Shown in pieces: positions 29,472 through 39,164 of a stretch of DNA of 64,000 nucleotides; positions within the stretch are counted from its first letter, which is position 1, and each line of letters opens with the position of its first letter. Source of the stretch: Escherichia phage VEcB; sequence record NC_052663.1, one strand, 5' to 3'. Position numbers and translations under genes: made by a program. Under the pieces are notes generated by a model. The model searched no databases. It was not told the origin of the DNA and was given only the letters and a program-made list of their open reading frames with translations.

Positions 29472-30419
29472 TTAGAAACAGTGCAGGAAGTTTCGACCAT
29501 ACTGCAAACCAATAGGAGCAAATGGGATATCATCATCGAAATCTTGAACAACAGGTTCTGGTTCTTTCGGTGCTGGCTCTTTCTTCTCTACTTTTTTAGT
29601 TTCTTTCTTAACTTCTTGTACTGGGGTAGACATTCCACGGATAGCAGCAGCTACTTTATCAGACAAAGCAAGAACTTCACGAGCAGCTTCAATAATCTCT
29701 TCTGCCGTTACAGTTTTACCTGTATGATCACGACAAGCGTTAAGAATTGCGTGTCCAACTGAAGCACCAAGATCATAGTCAGTCACATCAACGCCACGAT
29801 CTTTAGCAATTTCTGCTTTCAGAGTAACAGTTGCAGATTGTACCACACCAGCCAAGTCGAAAGCATCACCTTTCACACCAGCACGTAGAAGCTCCAGAGC
29901 GCCATTTACAGCGTGTCCTGTTTCAATCCCTACAGTATCACGTTTTTTGTAGTTAGGTTTGCTACCTTCGTTATTAGATGGCTTATTTCCACCTTTTGAA
30001 GAAGATTGTGCTTGCTGAACACCTTCTGTTGAAAGAACAGTGATTTTACCTTTAGAGGAGTTGTAGTATGTTTTGCCATTCCATTCGGAAGGTTTAACAT
30101 CCATAGTTACTTCTACACCTTTTTCGATAGTAATCCACTTATCACCATCTTTAACTTGCAGGTTTTCATGTTCTGGGTGCAGTTTAACTTCACCTAGGCT
30201 AACCCAAACACCTTTATCATCAGCACCAGCACCTTTCTCTTTAATAAGCAGAGATGCTTTGTGAGTTGATTCAATTTTCTTATCTGGCTGACCTGCAACC
30301 TTAATATAAGAGACTTTCATTTCATCAAACTTATCCAGTTTGACATATTCAACGATACCTTCAGCCCAGAATGCTTCTTTTTTAGTACGACGGTCGATTT
30401 CAGAATTAATTACTGGCAT
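29472..30419 (-). CDS. putative single-stranded DNA-binding protein with SSB-type acidic C-terminal tip
   Basis: 315 aa; extreme C-terminus DFDDDIPF preceded by Lys/Glu/Pro-rich linker, as in bacterial SSB C-tails; N-terminal domain not obviously canonical OB-SSB. Confidence 0.5.
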   Translation of the reverse strand: MPVINSEIDRRTKKEAFWAEGIVEYVKLDKFDEMKVSYIKVAGQPDKKIESTHKASLLIKEKGAGADDKGVWVSLGEVKLHPEHENLQVKDGDKWITIEKGVEVTMDVKPSEWNGKTYYNSSKGKITVLSTEGVQQAQSSSKGGNKPSNNEGSKPNYKKRDTVGIETGHAVNGALELLRAGVKGDAFDLAGVVQSATVTLKAEIAKDRGVDVTDYDLGASVGHAILNACRDHTGKTVTAEEIIEAAREVLALSDKVAAAIRGMSTPVQEVKKETKKVEKKEPAPKEPEPVVQDFDDDIPFAPIGLQYGRNFLHCF

Positions 30420-30435
30420 AAATTCTCCTCTATAA

Positions 30436-30834
30436 TTACATTACTTTAACACAAAACTCTCGTAAAAGAGTAGCGTCAGTTTCTTCCAACAGGTATTTAC
30501 CAAGACCAATACCAAATCCTATTTCACCACTTTCGAAATGGAGGATTTGTATCTTTTCTCCACCAAGGTTAATTACTTTTGCTTTTCCAGGATTATCCAA
30601 AACATCTCGTATTGTATCCTGTAGTAACATAAGTTCACGTTTTGTGATAGTGGTTTCAGATATCTCTTTGTTTTCTACTCTCACTGTTAAACGATTGTAT
30701 CCACCAAAGAGACATAGTATTTGAATAAAAAAGGTATTATCTTGAGGTTCAACATCTTTTTTAGTTAGCTCAAGACGATTAGTTTCTCTACTATAGAACG
30801 TCTCGACTAAGATTTTAGAACGATTATCTGTCAT
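30436..30834 (-). CDS. hypothetical protein
   Basis: 132 aa ORF with ATG and GAGGA-like RBS. Confidence 0.35.
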   Translation of the reverse strand: MTDNRSKILVETFYSRETNRLELTKKDVEPQDNTFFIQILCLFGGYNRLTVRVENKEISETTITKRELMLLQDTIRDVLDNPGKAKVINLGGEKIQILHFESGEIGFGIGLGKYLLEETDATLLREFCVKVM

Positions 30835-30877
30835 TCAAGTCCTCATAATAACACATAATTATAATGTTTGTCAACAC

Positions 30878-31492
30878 TTAAATTTTAAATTCTTCGTTGT
30901 TAAATGAATCCAGTGTACGTACTTCTGGTTCTTTGGGAATGAAAACGTCTTTTACAAAGCGGAACATAGGGAAACGTTCTGCCATTTTACGGACGTGTGC
31001 TTCTTTACCTGTGTATCGGTGATTAATAGTACAAATATTAGTTTTCAGTGCAAATTCAAAATCTGGATGATATACATAATTTTGACCATCCCAGTAACAC
31101 AAGCAAATAGCTACATCAAAGTTCCATACGATTTCACTGCGTACACCTTCTTCCATGATCATAAAGTTAAACTTAAGATCTTTATAGTATGCTTCAAATA
31201 CCCATTTCAAATGTGGTAGTTCGGCATAAGTGTGTTCTGTTTGCTTAGTAATTTGTTTAACATTACGTGCACCAACACCCAACATCAAAAATTTCTCTAC
31301 TAATACAAGTGTATTGTGGTTAGGCATACGCAAGTAAATGTCAATATCTTGCGCAGGTTTCTCTAATCGCCAGTCACGTACAGCGCCGCCAGCTACAATT
31401 GCAAACGGATCTACCAGTTGGCACATACGTAATACTTCTAAAGCTCGTACTTTTTGATCTTCAATATTCATATTTTCTCCTATCGTGTCCAC
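30878..31492 (-). CDS. polymerase-beta-type nucleotidyltransferase, CCA-adding-enzyme-like head domain
   Basis: 204 aa; motif FAIVAGGAVRDWRLEKPAQDIDIYL (GG-x12-DxD) closely resembles the catalytic head of class II tRNA nucleotidyltransferases; no HD domain present. Confidence 0.5.
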   Translation of the reverse strand: MDTIGENMNIEDQKVRALEVLRMCQLVDPFAIVAGGAVRDWRLEKPAQDIDIYLRMPNHNTLVLVEKFLMLGVGARNVKQITKQTEHTYAELPHLKWVFEAYYKDLKFNFMIMEEGVRSEIVWNFDVAICLCYWDGQNYVYHPDFEFALKTNICTINHRYTGKEAHVRKMAERFPMFRFVKDVFIPKEPEVRTLDSFNNEEFKI

Positions 31493-32076
31493 TCTTTGTG
31501 TTGTTCTACATGCTCAAGCATTTCATTATATAGTGCTTTAAGATGTGGAACAACTCTTTCATCTTCAGTTTCAAAGAATTTTGTAAGCTGTTCTGCCTTA
31601 GCCTTCAACCAACAAAGATGCGCTTCAATTTCAGTATTAAAACGTCCCAGTGTTATAACACGTCCATCACGTTGAATATGGGCTTTATACTTTTTACGAT
31701 CTTTTTCGTAACTACATCCTACCATAGTCCCATGAGATCTTTTACTTACTCTATAAGCTAAGAACTTGTTAAGATCTCCTGTTACTAAAAGACAGGTATC
31801 GGGAGAGTAAACTCTCCCTCCTATAATATCTTTATCAAGTTCTAAGTTTTCCCAGTTATCCCAAGTTTGCAACCAAGAGTAGAAATTGGAGAACAGTTTC
31901 CATTCTTCACAAACCGTCACCCCATTATAACAAGGATCACGTTCTTGTTGACAAGGGGAGTAACACCTCCCCAACATAGCCATCCATTTCATATAATGCG
32001 GCGTTAGTTTCTTACTACCAGGTAGCGTACTCTCGCCTTCCAAATCATTAATACCTTCACCATATACGGTAAGCAT
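31480..32076 (-). CDS. HNH-family homing endonuclease (free-standing)
   Basis: 198 aa; YNGVTVCEEW...F..F..W pattern and Cys/His content typical of phage HNH endonucleases; located directly upstream of the DNA polymerase gene. Confidence 0.55.
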   Translation of the reverse strand: MLTVYGEGINDLEGESTLPGSKKLTPHYMKWMAMLGRCYSPCQQERDPCYNGVTVCEEWKLFSNFYSWLQTWDNWENLELDKDIIGGRVYSPDTCLLVTGDLNKFLAYRVSKRSHGTMVGCSYEKDRKKYKAHIQRDGRVITLGRFNTEIEAHLCWLKAKAEQLTKFFETEDERVVPHLKALYNEMLEHVEQHKEWTR

Positions 32077-32103
32077 AAAAACTCCTTTAAAATCAAAGAG
32101 ATG

Positions 32104-34683
32104 TCAGTGACAAGTTGACCATGAACTACCAACATCGTAACCAGCAGTGAGAGGTACATTAAGATTGTAATACTCACCAGCTTTATTAACAGCGATAGAT
32201 GCTAATTCTCCAGCACGACTGTAGGCTGTAAACCAACCACCTTTCGGAGATTCATGTACGTTAGCCCAAATCTTGCCAGTACGTTTCTCTTCCTCTTCTT
32301 TCCAGGCATTAACCTTATCCAAACATTCTTTATCAATTTTCTTTTGTTCTTCTGGATCATCAACTTGAGTCCAACCTAAAGATTCTTTAGAGAACCATTT
32401 AAAATGCACCAGATCACGAGTTACTTCAAGCTGTGCTTCATCGTGATATGCAATCATTTGTTGAACGAATGACTTATTTTTCCAGTCATCAACAAAAAAG
32501 TCAACAGCTAATCCTTCTTCTTCGATAAGATCGTCGTAGATAACCATTGCTCTTTTTGCACAAATAACACCACCACTCTGGAACAGAGAGTTAAGTATTG
32601 CGTGTGCAGATCGTGTAGGTACTTTCCTACCATCAATACCAAGAATGTATTTCTTACCTGTTTTAACCCAAAAATCATGCAGACGTTCTTTAAGAAGCGC
32701 AAGAGGTTTTGCAGCTTCCCAGAAAGCATCGTATACAAGCTGTCCTGTATACATATCACTACCTATAGTTTTTGCTACTTTTGCAGCTTGAGCACCATAA
32801 GTAATACCATACTTAACAGATTTAGCAGGGCTTCGTTCAAACTTACGACCAATAGTGTCAGAAATACGTCGAGCCATCATTGTATGAACATCATTAGGTT
32901 TTTCCAATAATAGAGCATTACAATATTCATGTGGTTCCTGCTCGTACCGCCAACAGTAGTGTGATTCTATTTTTGCCTCAAGAGAATCAAAGTCATAACC
33001 AATTTGGAAGTATTTTGGAACTTCTACACCAAATAAGTTACGCATTTCATATCCGTACAGAGATGTTACACGTGGGATATTTGCTACTAACCTATGTTTC
33101 ATACGAGACGTAGCTGCATCACACGTTGCAGCAGGAGTCGGTATACGACCATCAGCCCTTACTGCCGCCAGATAACCTTTATCGTAATCCTCTTCATCCT
33201 CTTCCCAATCAGCACCACCGCCTAGAATAGAGTTTCTACGATGTTTATACGTAAGATACTGCACAATCTGCGTAGCATAAGGAAACTTTTCACCTAGTGC
33301 TTCCAAGTTAGGACAAATATCCTTCTCTTGCCCTTTTGTAAAGGAAGGGTTAGTAAGCACCTTAACACCACGACCTTTAGCTTTAGCAATACGATCTCTT
33401 AGTTTCCATTCCAAAGTTTCTGGTGTGCACTCCAGATGATCACATCTATCCTGGCAGAAGTTAGATGCTAATGTTTGATCAACATAGTCACGAATAGCTT
33501 TCTCCATTTGTGCTTCATCTTTCTTAATCTTAGTGCCAGATTTAAGAGTGATATCTTTATCTTTATATTCAGATGGACTCCAACCTAAACCAACTAACCA
33601 ATTTTTAATATGTGTAGTGTCGTCTAAAGTAGCAGGTACTGTAGGATCACAAATAGGTTCTTCTGCTGGAATAGGCAGTTTAAACTCTTTACCTAATGCA
33701 AATAACCACCAACCATCTTCTTTTTGTACAAGTTCACCAGAATGTTTCTCTGCAAACTTTATCATGTTACTTGAAGGTTCACCATTCTTTTTAAACTGTA
33801 GTTTAGGTGGAATGAATGATTTCAAATAACCTTTAGTAGCAGGTTTAGGAGGTAGCACAGGTTCTGCCTCTAAACGACATGCTTCCATTCGAGCATCCAG
33901 ATCACGAATATTATCTTCTGCTTGCTTCATATTGAAAGCAAAGCCACGGTGCTCTTGACGTGTAATAATATCAGCTACACGTTGTTCTAAGTTAAATGGT
34001 TCAGACCACTTATTATAATCACCCCACTCTTCCATCAAATAACGGAACACTGCGGTGTTAGCTTTGTTATCGTAAATACAGTAATACAGCATATCTGCTG
34101 CAAATGTTTTAAATCTTTCAGTTTCAGGGATGTTTTTTCTAAAATCAATTTTAACATCCCCTCCAGCTTTCTTAGATAACTCTGCCAGACTATGACCACC
34201 GAAGCGATCAGGGTTTAGTGTCTTACTTAAGATCATAGTATCACAAATTTCAATGTTACTATTACCCCAAGTATTGTACTTAATACTGTAGTTGAGTTTA
34301 AAAAATAATTTAATTGCCAGTAAGTCAAAGTTAATGATGTTATGTCCAACTACTTTGGTAATTTTATAGTTTGAATTACCTTTAAATTTACCTGTTCCAT
34401 TTACAAAATCAGGAAAATCTTTAAGAGGGAAATGGGTATATTCTAAATGCTCATATTCCTCCAGTCGGTATTCATACTTTCCGTCAGTCTCAATATACGG
34501 ACGACCATCGAAAAGATATTTATCACCATCATGGAAAGCAATAATCTCTCCAGTATCATGACTTTCGCACACAATACAGTGCATTGCAAAACTATCTTTT
34601 AAACGATATGGACTTGCCAAGTAATCTACACTTTCGTCATTAAGCAAGTTGTTACTTTCAATGTCGAAAGTAAAAGCTCCCAT
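32104..34683 (-). CDS. DNA polymerase, family A (T7 gp5-like) with 3'-5' exonuclease domain
   Basis: 859 aa; Exo I FDIESNNL; motif A DFDSLEAKIESH; motif B RSPAKSVKYGITYG; motif C YHDE; RBS GGAGGG before ATG. Confidence 0.85.
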   Translation of the reverse strand: MGAFTFDIESNNLLNDESVDYLASPYRLKDSFAMHCIVCESHDTGEIIAFHDGDKYLFDGRPYIETDGKYEYRLEEYEHLEYTHFPLKDFPDFVNGTGKFKGNSNYKITKVVGHNIINFDLLAIKLFFKLNYSIKYNTWGNSNIEICDTMILSKTLNPDRFGGHSLAELSKKAGGDVKIDFRKNIPETERFKTFAADMLYYCIYDNKANTAVFRYLMEEWGDYNKWSEPFNLEQRVADIITRQEHRGFAFNMKQAEDNIRDLDARMEACRLEAEPVLPPKPATKGYLKSFIPPKLQFKKNGEPSSNMIKFAEKHSGELVQKEDGWWLFALGKEFKLPIPAEEPICDPTVPATLDDTTHIKNWLVGLGWSPSEYKDKDITLKSGTKIKKDEAQMEKAIRDYVDQTLASNFCQDRCDHLECTPETLEWKLRDRIAKAKGRGVKVLTNPSFTKGQEKDICPNLEALGEKFPYATQIVQYLTYKHRRNSILGGGADWEEDEEDYDKGYLAAVRADGRIPTPAATCDAATSRMKHRLVANIPRVTSLYGYEMRNLFGVEVPKYFQIGYDFDSLEAKIESHYCWRYEQEPHEYCNALLLEKPNDVHTMMARRISDTIGRKFERSPAKSVKYGITYGAQAAKVAKTIGSDMYTGQLVYDAFWEAAKPLALLKERLHDFWVKTGKKYILGIDGRKVPTRSAHAILNSLFQSGGVICAKRAMVIYDDLIEEEGLAVDFFVDDWKNKSFVQQMIAYHDEAQLEVTRDLVHFKWFSKESLGWTQVDDPEEQKKIDKECLDKVNAWKEEEEKRTGKIWANVHESPKGGWFTAYSRAGELASIAVNKAGEYYNLNVPLTAGYDVGSSWSTCH

Positions 34684-34751
34684 TCTCCCTCCTTAAAATA
34701 TTTCTAAAGTCTTAATTTGTTAATACTGTACCACAAATTAATTGTTTTGTA

Positions 34752-34769
34752 AAGGGGCTTTCGCCCCTT
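34752..34769. other. GC-rich hairpin in the intergenic region upstream of the polymerase gene
   Basis: Stem AAGGGGC/GCCCCTT with TTTC loop; the T-tract is on the plus-strand side, so strand of action is unclear. Confidence 0.3.
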
Positions 34770-34773
34770 CTTG

Positions 34774-35169
34774 TTATTTATTGTCAGCACTTAGTTGTAC
34801 TTTAATAAGGCAATTAGGGACACCATTGGTATTTCTCAAGCCTACACGTTCAATTTTAACAGTGCCTGTCAAACCATTAAAAGTGGAAACAATGTTATTA
34901 ATGTTTTCATCCTTACTAGCGATATCAAGAACAACTTTATCACTAACATTTTTCAGCATACGATCTACAAGCTCTCCCACAAAACCACTGGTAGTTTGAA
35001 TGAGAAGGTATAGGCAACCATCCTCAAACCACAAATGTTCACCATAAGCATAACCGTATGGTTCTAACTCCGATCCATCTTGAAATTTAAACTTAGCAAC
35101 AGTTTTCGTATAATCATACCCTAACGCAGAAGGGGATACCCCATAAAGGATATTTTCGTTGTCTTTCAT
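34774..35169 (-). CDS. hypothetical protein
   Basis: 131 aa from ATG 35169 (AAGGAG RBS 6 nt upstream); the ORF-track start at 35298 would overlap the primase-helicase gene by over 100 nt. Confidence 0.4.
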   Translation of the reverse strand: MKDNENILYGVSPSALGYDYTKTVAKFKFQDGSELEPYGYAYGEHLWFEDGCLYLLIQTTSGFVGELVDRMLKNVSDKVVLDIASKDENINNIVSTFNGLTGTVKIERVGLRNTNGVPNCLIKVQLSADNK

Positions 35170-35179
35170 ATTTCTCTCC

Positions 35180-36952
35180 TTAATAAGAACCATCAGGAAT
35201 ATTCTCTGGGTTACTTGTGTATTGATCGTAATCGTGAAGTGTAGCTGTTTTAATCTCATAGAAGAAACTACCTGCTGCACCAGTCTCTGAGAACTCACGG
35301 TTCTTTAGAATGTAGCAATATGTGCGGTTACGTTCCATAGGATCTTCAGCTTGTTTATCACGCTCCAGCGCAATTGTGATACCAGCACCTTTAGCAAGGA
35401 AGCTACTACCCATTGCATCATCTTCTACAATATGTTCATTACTATTGTTAGAAGACTTTTTAACGTGTGAAATTACAACAATGGTTATTGCATACTCTTT
35501 CATAATGCGTTTCAGCCACGTCGCAAGTTCCTCTTGTTGTGACACGTCCATACCAGAAAGCAAGTCAGAATAAGGGTCGATAACAAGAATGGTTACTCCG
35601 AAATAAATAATCATTTCCAGAACCTTCTCTTTAATCACATCTACGTTAGCTCCACGATCATCACAAACATAGAAACGTGGTGTTCCATCTTCTCGTTCGT
35701 AAAAATCACGAATCTTTTCTTCATTATCTTTTAAAATCTTTTCCTTCTCTTCTTTCGTTTTACGGTGAAGAGGGATATGCAAGAATGAAGACAGTAAGTT
35801 ACGAGAATACTTCTTATACGTTGCCTCCAAAGATAAAATACCAAGAGTATGTTCTGGGTGTGCAAGAATAATGTGTTTCGTAATCTCGTTAACCAACAGT
35901 GTCTTACCGATACTTGTTTTTGCAAGTATAACAGTAATTTCTTCTTCTACCAAGCCTCCACCTAACATATTCGAAGCAACACGCATGAATGGAGGAAGGG
36001 TGATCATTTTAGCTTCCAGGCATTCCAAGGCTGCTTCATATAGTACGTTAGAAGCGTAAACACCAGCAGGTGTGTACAGTTTAGCTTTGAAAAAGCGATC
36101 AATAAAATGATCAATTTTTCCTTCTACTAGTGCCTGGTTAGGATCTTTAACATCCGTTAGTTCCATCACGTAAACTTTATTACGTGGTAAGATTTTAACA
36201 CATTTCTCAACTGCTGCACGTCCAGCTTCATCATTATCCATACATAGAACAATCTTTTTAAATTGATCTAAGAATTTATAACGATGTTGAAGCTGCTTAT
36301 GCAGAGATGTTTCGCCACAAGTACCAGATACTACAGCAGGAACAGGATATTTACCACCCTTGTTATAATCTTTTAGCATCTGTGTTGCAGCCAGCATATC
36401 GTGTTCACCACCAACGATTAGAATAGTACCGCTGTGGTTACGATATTTAAACTCCCCAAAAAGATCACAATCCTTTCCTGTTTCACCGATAGGATGTGAG
36501 AAATCTTTTGGATCGATACGTTGTTTATACCCAGCAATATTGTAATCTTTAGTTGTAGGGTATAGTGTTGAAATTACTTCGCCAGTAGCTTCATCGTACA
36601 TATAACGTACACCGAAAGGCTTAGAGATATCTTCACGAATACCGCGATAACCTTTTGGATTAGTTCCAGTGCTGGCTTTTAGTTTATCATGTACTTCTGG
36701 ATTAAACTCACTACCCAAGATATCCTCCTCTTCAATTTCTTCGCCGTGTGCATTTAACCATTTTTGATCAGGGATAGTAAAGCCACAAGAAAAACAATGT
36801 GCGCCTCGATGGTCTTCATCGGCATCTAAGCCATATACCATCAAATTGTTTTGTGATCGATCACGCCCTCCTTTCATACAACGAGGACACCCAGTATGTC
36901 CTTCTTGACTTAGATCAATGTTATACCCATATTTATTTACAACATAAGACAC
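35180..36952 (-). CDS. bifunctional DNA primase-helicase (T7 gp4-like)
   Basis: 590 aa; GTG start with AGGAG RBS; N-terminal zinc ribbon CPRC...CFSC, central TOPRIM-like region, C-terminal helicase with Walker A AKTSIGKT. Confidence 0.8.
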   Translation of the reverse strand: MSYVVNKYGYNIDLSQEGHTGCPRCMKGGRDRSQNNLMVYGLDADEDHRGAHCFSCGFTIPDQKWLNAHGEEIEEEDILGSEFNPEVHDKLKASTGTNPKGYRGIREDISKPFGVRYMYDEATGEVISTLYPTTKDYNIAGYKQRIDPKDFSHPIGETGKDCDLFGEFKYRNHSGTILIVGGEHDMLAATQMLKDYNKGGKYPVPAVVSGTCGETSLHKQLQHRYKFLDQFKKIVLCMDNDEAGRAAVEKCVKILPRNKVYVMELTDVKDPNQALVEGKIDHFIDRFFKAKLYTPAGVYASNVLYEAALECLEAKMITLPPFMRVASNMLGGGLVEEEITVILAKTSIGKTLLVNEITKHIILAHPEHTLGILSLEATYKKYSRNLLSSFLHIPLHRKTKEEKEKILKDNEEKIRDFYEREDGTPRFYVCDDRGANVDVIKEKVLEMIIYFGVTILVIDPYSDLLSGMDVSQQEELATWLKRIMKEYAITIVVISHVKKSSNNSNEHIVEDDAMGSSFLAKGAGITIALERDKQAEDPMERNRTYCYILKNREFSETGAAGSFFYEIKTATLHDYDQYTSNPENIPDGSY

Positions 36953-36964
36953 AGGATTCTCCTA

Positions 36965-37234
36965 CTAAAATGATTCGTTTGTCTCCATAATATATTGCAT
37001 TTCCAAATCTTCCATATGTTTCTTAAATTGGTAAACAATTTCCGATGGGGAAATATCTATATCAAAAAGGTCTTTTGTACCAGAATAAAACCTAATACCA
37101 TCAACAATAAGACCACCATAATAATCCCAATCACTTTCTCGTGAGAAAGGGTTAGGTTCTTCATAATAGTAATCTACTTCAACAATAATAGGTTCTTTAT
37201 TATCTTGTTTATACTCAAAATCAAAAGTGTGCAT
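36965..37234 (-). CDS. hypothetical protein
   Basis: 89 aa acidic ORF. Confidence 0.3.
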   Translation of the reverse strand: MHTFDFEYKQDNKEPIIVEVDYYYEEPNPFSRESDWDYYGGLIVDGIRFYSGTKDLFDIDISPSEIVYQFKKHMEDLEMQYIMETNESF

Positions 37235-38178
37235 TATAAATCCTCGATAAGCAGTCTGCGGGTTTCATTTAAATCATCAATATTGTAGTTATCTCTTACA
37301 TACTTAGCAAGAGCCAATCCTTTCTCAATACAAACATCAGGGGATTCGATTAAGTATTCTACAATATCTTTCCACTCTTTAACTGAATCAGCAAAGAAGA
37401 TTAGATCTTTAAATTCTTCAGTATAATAGTTCTCTCGTGGCGAACAAACGAGTGGCAAACCTTTAGCACCAGCTTCAAGAATTTTTAAATTACTTTTGGC
37501 ATTATTAAAATGATTATTTACTAATGGAGCTATGGAGATTTGATGACCATCGTATGCTTCCATATAACACTCATAAGGACGAATACCTTCATAAACACAA
37601 TCTGGTTGAATATTTTCTTTAATTTGCAACCATTGAGCACTACTTAACTCTTCGTGATCTCTACGAAATCCACATAAAGTTAAATCTTTACCAAAATCAG
37701 GAAGAATTGCTAAATCATGTTTATGTGTTTCACTTCCCGCCCAAACCAGTGGACTTTTAGAATAACGATCTTTAGTAAGAACAAACTGTCCTTCATCAAA
37801 AGGTAGTCCGTTAGGCACAATATGTACATTATCATTGTATTGGCTTAATTCAACCTTTAATGCCGGAGTTGTTGTAGTTACAAGATCACTTCTTTCAAGG
37901 AACCATTTTAGGTCATCTCGGATTTGATTTTCAAATAATCCTTCAAGCATATGCCCTTCAGGAATAATTAAAGAATCATCCAGATCCATTACCAATTTAA
38001 ACCCAAGTTGTTTAAGAGCCAGGAAACCTGGCTTTCCACGTGTTGGTACTCCATTGAACACAAAAATATTATGCTTAGGATTAATGGTCAGTTTGCGTTT
38101 ATATGGCAAAATGATTCTATGAAAATCACATACACTATACTTTTCATTTCCGCGTGTGTCAAGAATAATATTAGGCAT
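37234..38178 (-). CDS. putative glycosyltransferase (GT-B-fold-like), paralog 1
   Basis: 314 aa; C-terminal motif KSNLKILEAGAKGLPLVCSP resembles the sugar-donor-binding signature of GT-B enzymes; clear paralog of the next gene. Confidence 0.5.
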   Translation of the reverse strand: MPNIILDTRGNEKYSVCDFHRIILPYKRKLTINPKHNIFVFNGVPTRGKPGFLALKQLGFKLVMDLDDSLIIPEGHMLEGLFENQIRDDLKWFLERSDLVTTTTPALKVELSQYNDNVHIVPNGLPFDEGQFVLTKDRYSKSPLVWAGSETHKHDLAILPDFGKDLTLCGFRRDHEELSSAQWLQIKENIQPDCVYEGIRPYECYMEAYDGHQISIAPLVNNHFNNAKSNLKILEAGAKGLPLVCSPRENYYTEEFKDLIFFADSVKEWKDIVEYLIESPDVCIEKGLALAKYVRDNYNIDDLNETRRLLIEDL

Positions 38179-38189
38179 ATAGCTCCTTA

Positions 38190-39164
38190 TTAAAGACTTT
38201 CAATAACTTGACGACGCAGTTCATTAGCATCTGCAAGATTATAATTAAGACGAACGTGTTCTGCAAGCATCATACCACGATCTTCTGTGTATCTAGGGTT
38301 CCTCATTAGCTTGACAACTTCATAATGCCAAGATGCTTTAGAGTCTGCATAGATAACAGCCTTTGCATCTACCGGATTGAAGTACGGCAGCACAGGAGAA
38401 CAGATAATAGGAAGACCCTTTGCACCTGCTTCCAAAATCTTCAAATTGCTTTTACAGTTGTTGAAGTCATTATCTACCAGAGGAGCAATTGCAATACTGT
38501 GACCGTCATACACAGACATATACTCACCTAAATTTTTAATAGCTGGTTTATACTGTGCATTTGGAATTTTACGTTTTACTTTAACCCACTCCGCAGTAGT
38601 TAGATACTGACTATTATTTCCAACAGGTGCAGAAGGATACACTTCATACCCTGCAATTGTCAATAGCGTATCATCAAATGTATTAGCTACAAGAGATAAA
38701 TCAGGTTCATGGCTTGCTCCTCCCGCCCAAATAATAGGCGTGTCAGAATAACGGTCTTTTGTCAAAGTAAATTGACCTTCGTCGTAAGGTAGTGCGTTTC
38801 TAATAACGACAACATTACGATTTAAATGACGAATTTTGTAAGCTAGGTATTCTGTTGTTACAGTAACCACATCTGCTAACTTAATCATCTCTACAATAGT
38901 CTTTGAGTGATTAGTAAATACGCCAGCCATATAATGTTCAGGATTAAGCGAATAAAAATCATCTAAATCAACAATAATCTTAACACCTTGTGCCTTCAGG
39001 CGTTTAACTTCGTCTGATCCACGAGAATACACTCTATTAAAAACTAAAACGTCTTTCTTAGGTTTAAACGTATTTCCAGCAAATGGCATTACAATACGAT
39101 GGTAATCACAACCACTGCCTAACTTATTATCACACTTAAGTACAGGAGTATTAGGATTTACCAT
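38190..39164 (-). CDS. putative glycosyltransferase (GT-B-fold-like), paralog 2
   Basis: Start set at ATG 39164 (GAGGAGG RBS; aligns with paralog 1 N-terminus MPNIIL/MVNPNT); shared motifs CD(F/Y)HRI, IAPLV(N/D)N.FNN.KSNLKILEAGAKGLP. Confidence 0.5.
   Translation of the reverse strand: MVNPNTPVLKCDNKLGSGCDYHRIVMPFAGNTFKPKKDVLVFNRVYSRGSDEVKRLKAQGVKIIVDLDDFYSLNPEHYMAGVFTNHSKTIVEMIKLADVVTVTTEYLAYKIRHLNRNVVVIRNALPYDEGQFTLTKDRYSDTPIIWAGGASHEPDLSLVANTFDDTLLTIAGYEVYPSAPVGNNSQYLTTAEWVKVKRKIPNAQYKPAIKNLGEYMSVYDGHSIAIAPLVDNDFNNCKSNLKILEAGAKGLPIICSPVLPYFNPVDAKAVIYADSKASWHYEVVKLMRNPRYTEDRGMMLAEHVRLNYNLADANELRRQVIESL

Noticed and set aside
30846-30874. Sigma70-like promoter TTGACA-N18-TATTAT upstream of gene 30436..30834
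   Set aside because: The -10 element would end only about 11 nt before the start codon, leaving no room for a leader with the RBS; kept out of the feature list.
34752-34769. Minus-strand rho-independent terminator downstream of gene 34774..35169
   Set aside because: The hairpin is followed by an A-rich, not U-rich, tract on the minus strand; the T-tract is on the plus-strand side where no upstream gene exists. Recorded only as a hairpin.
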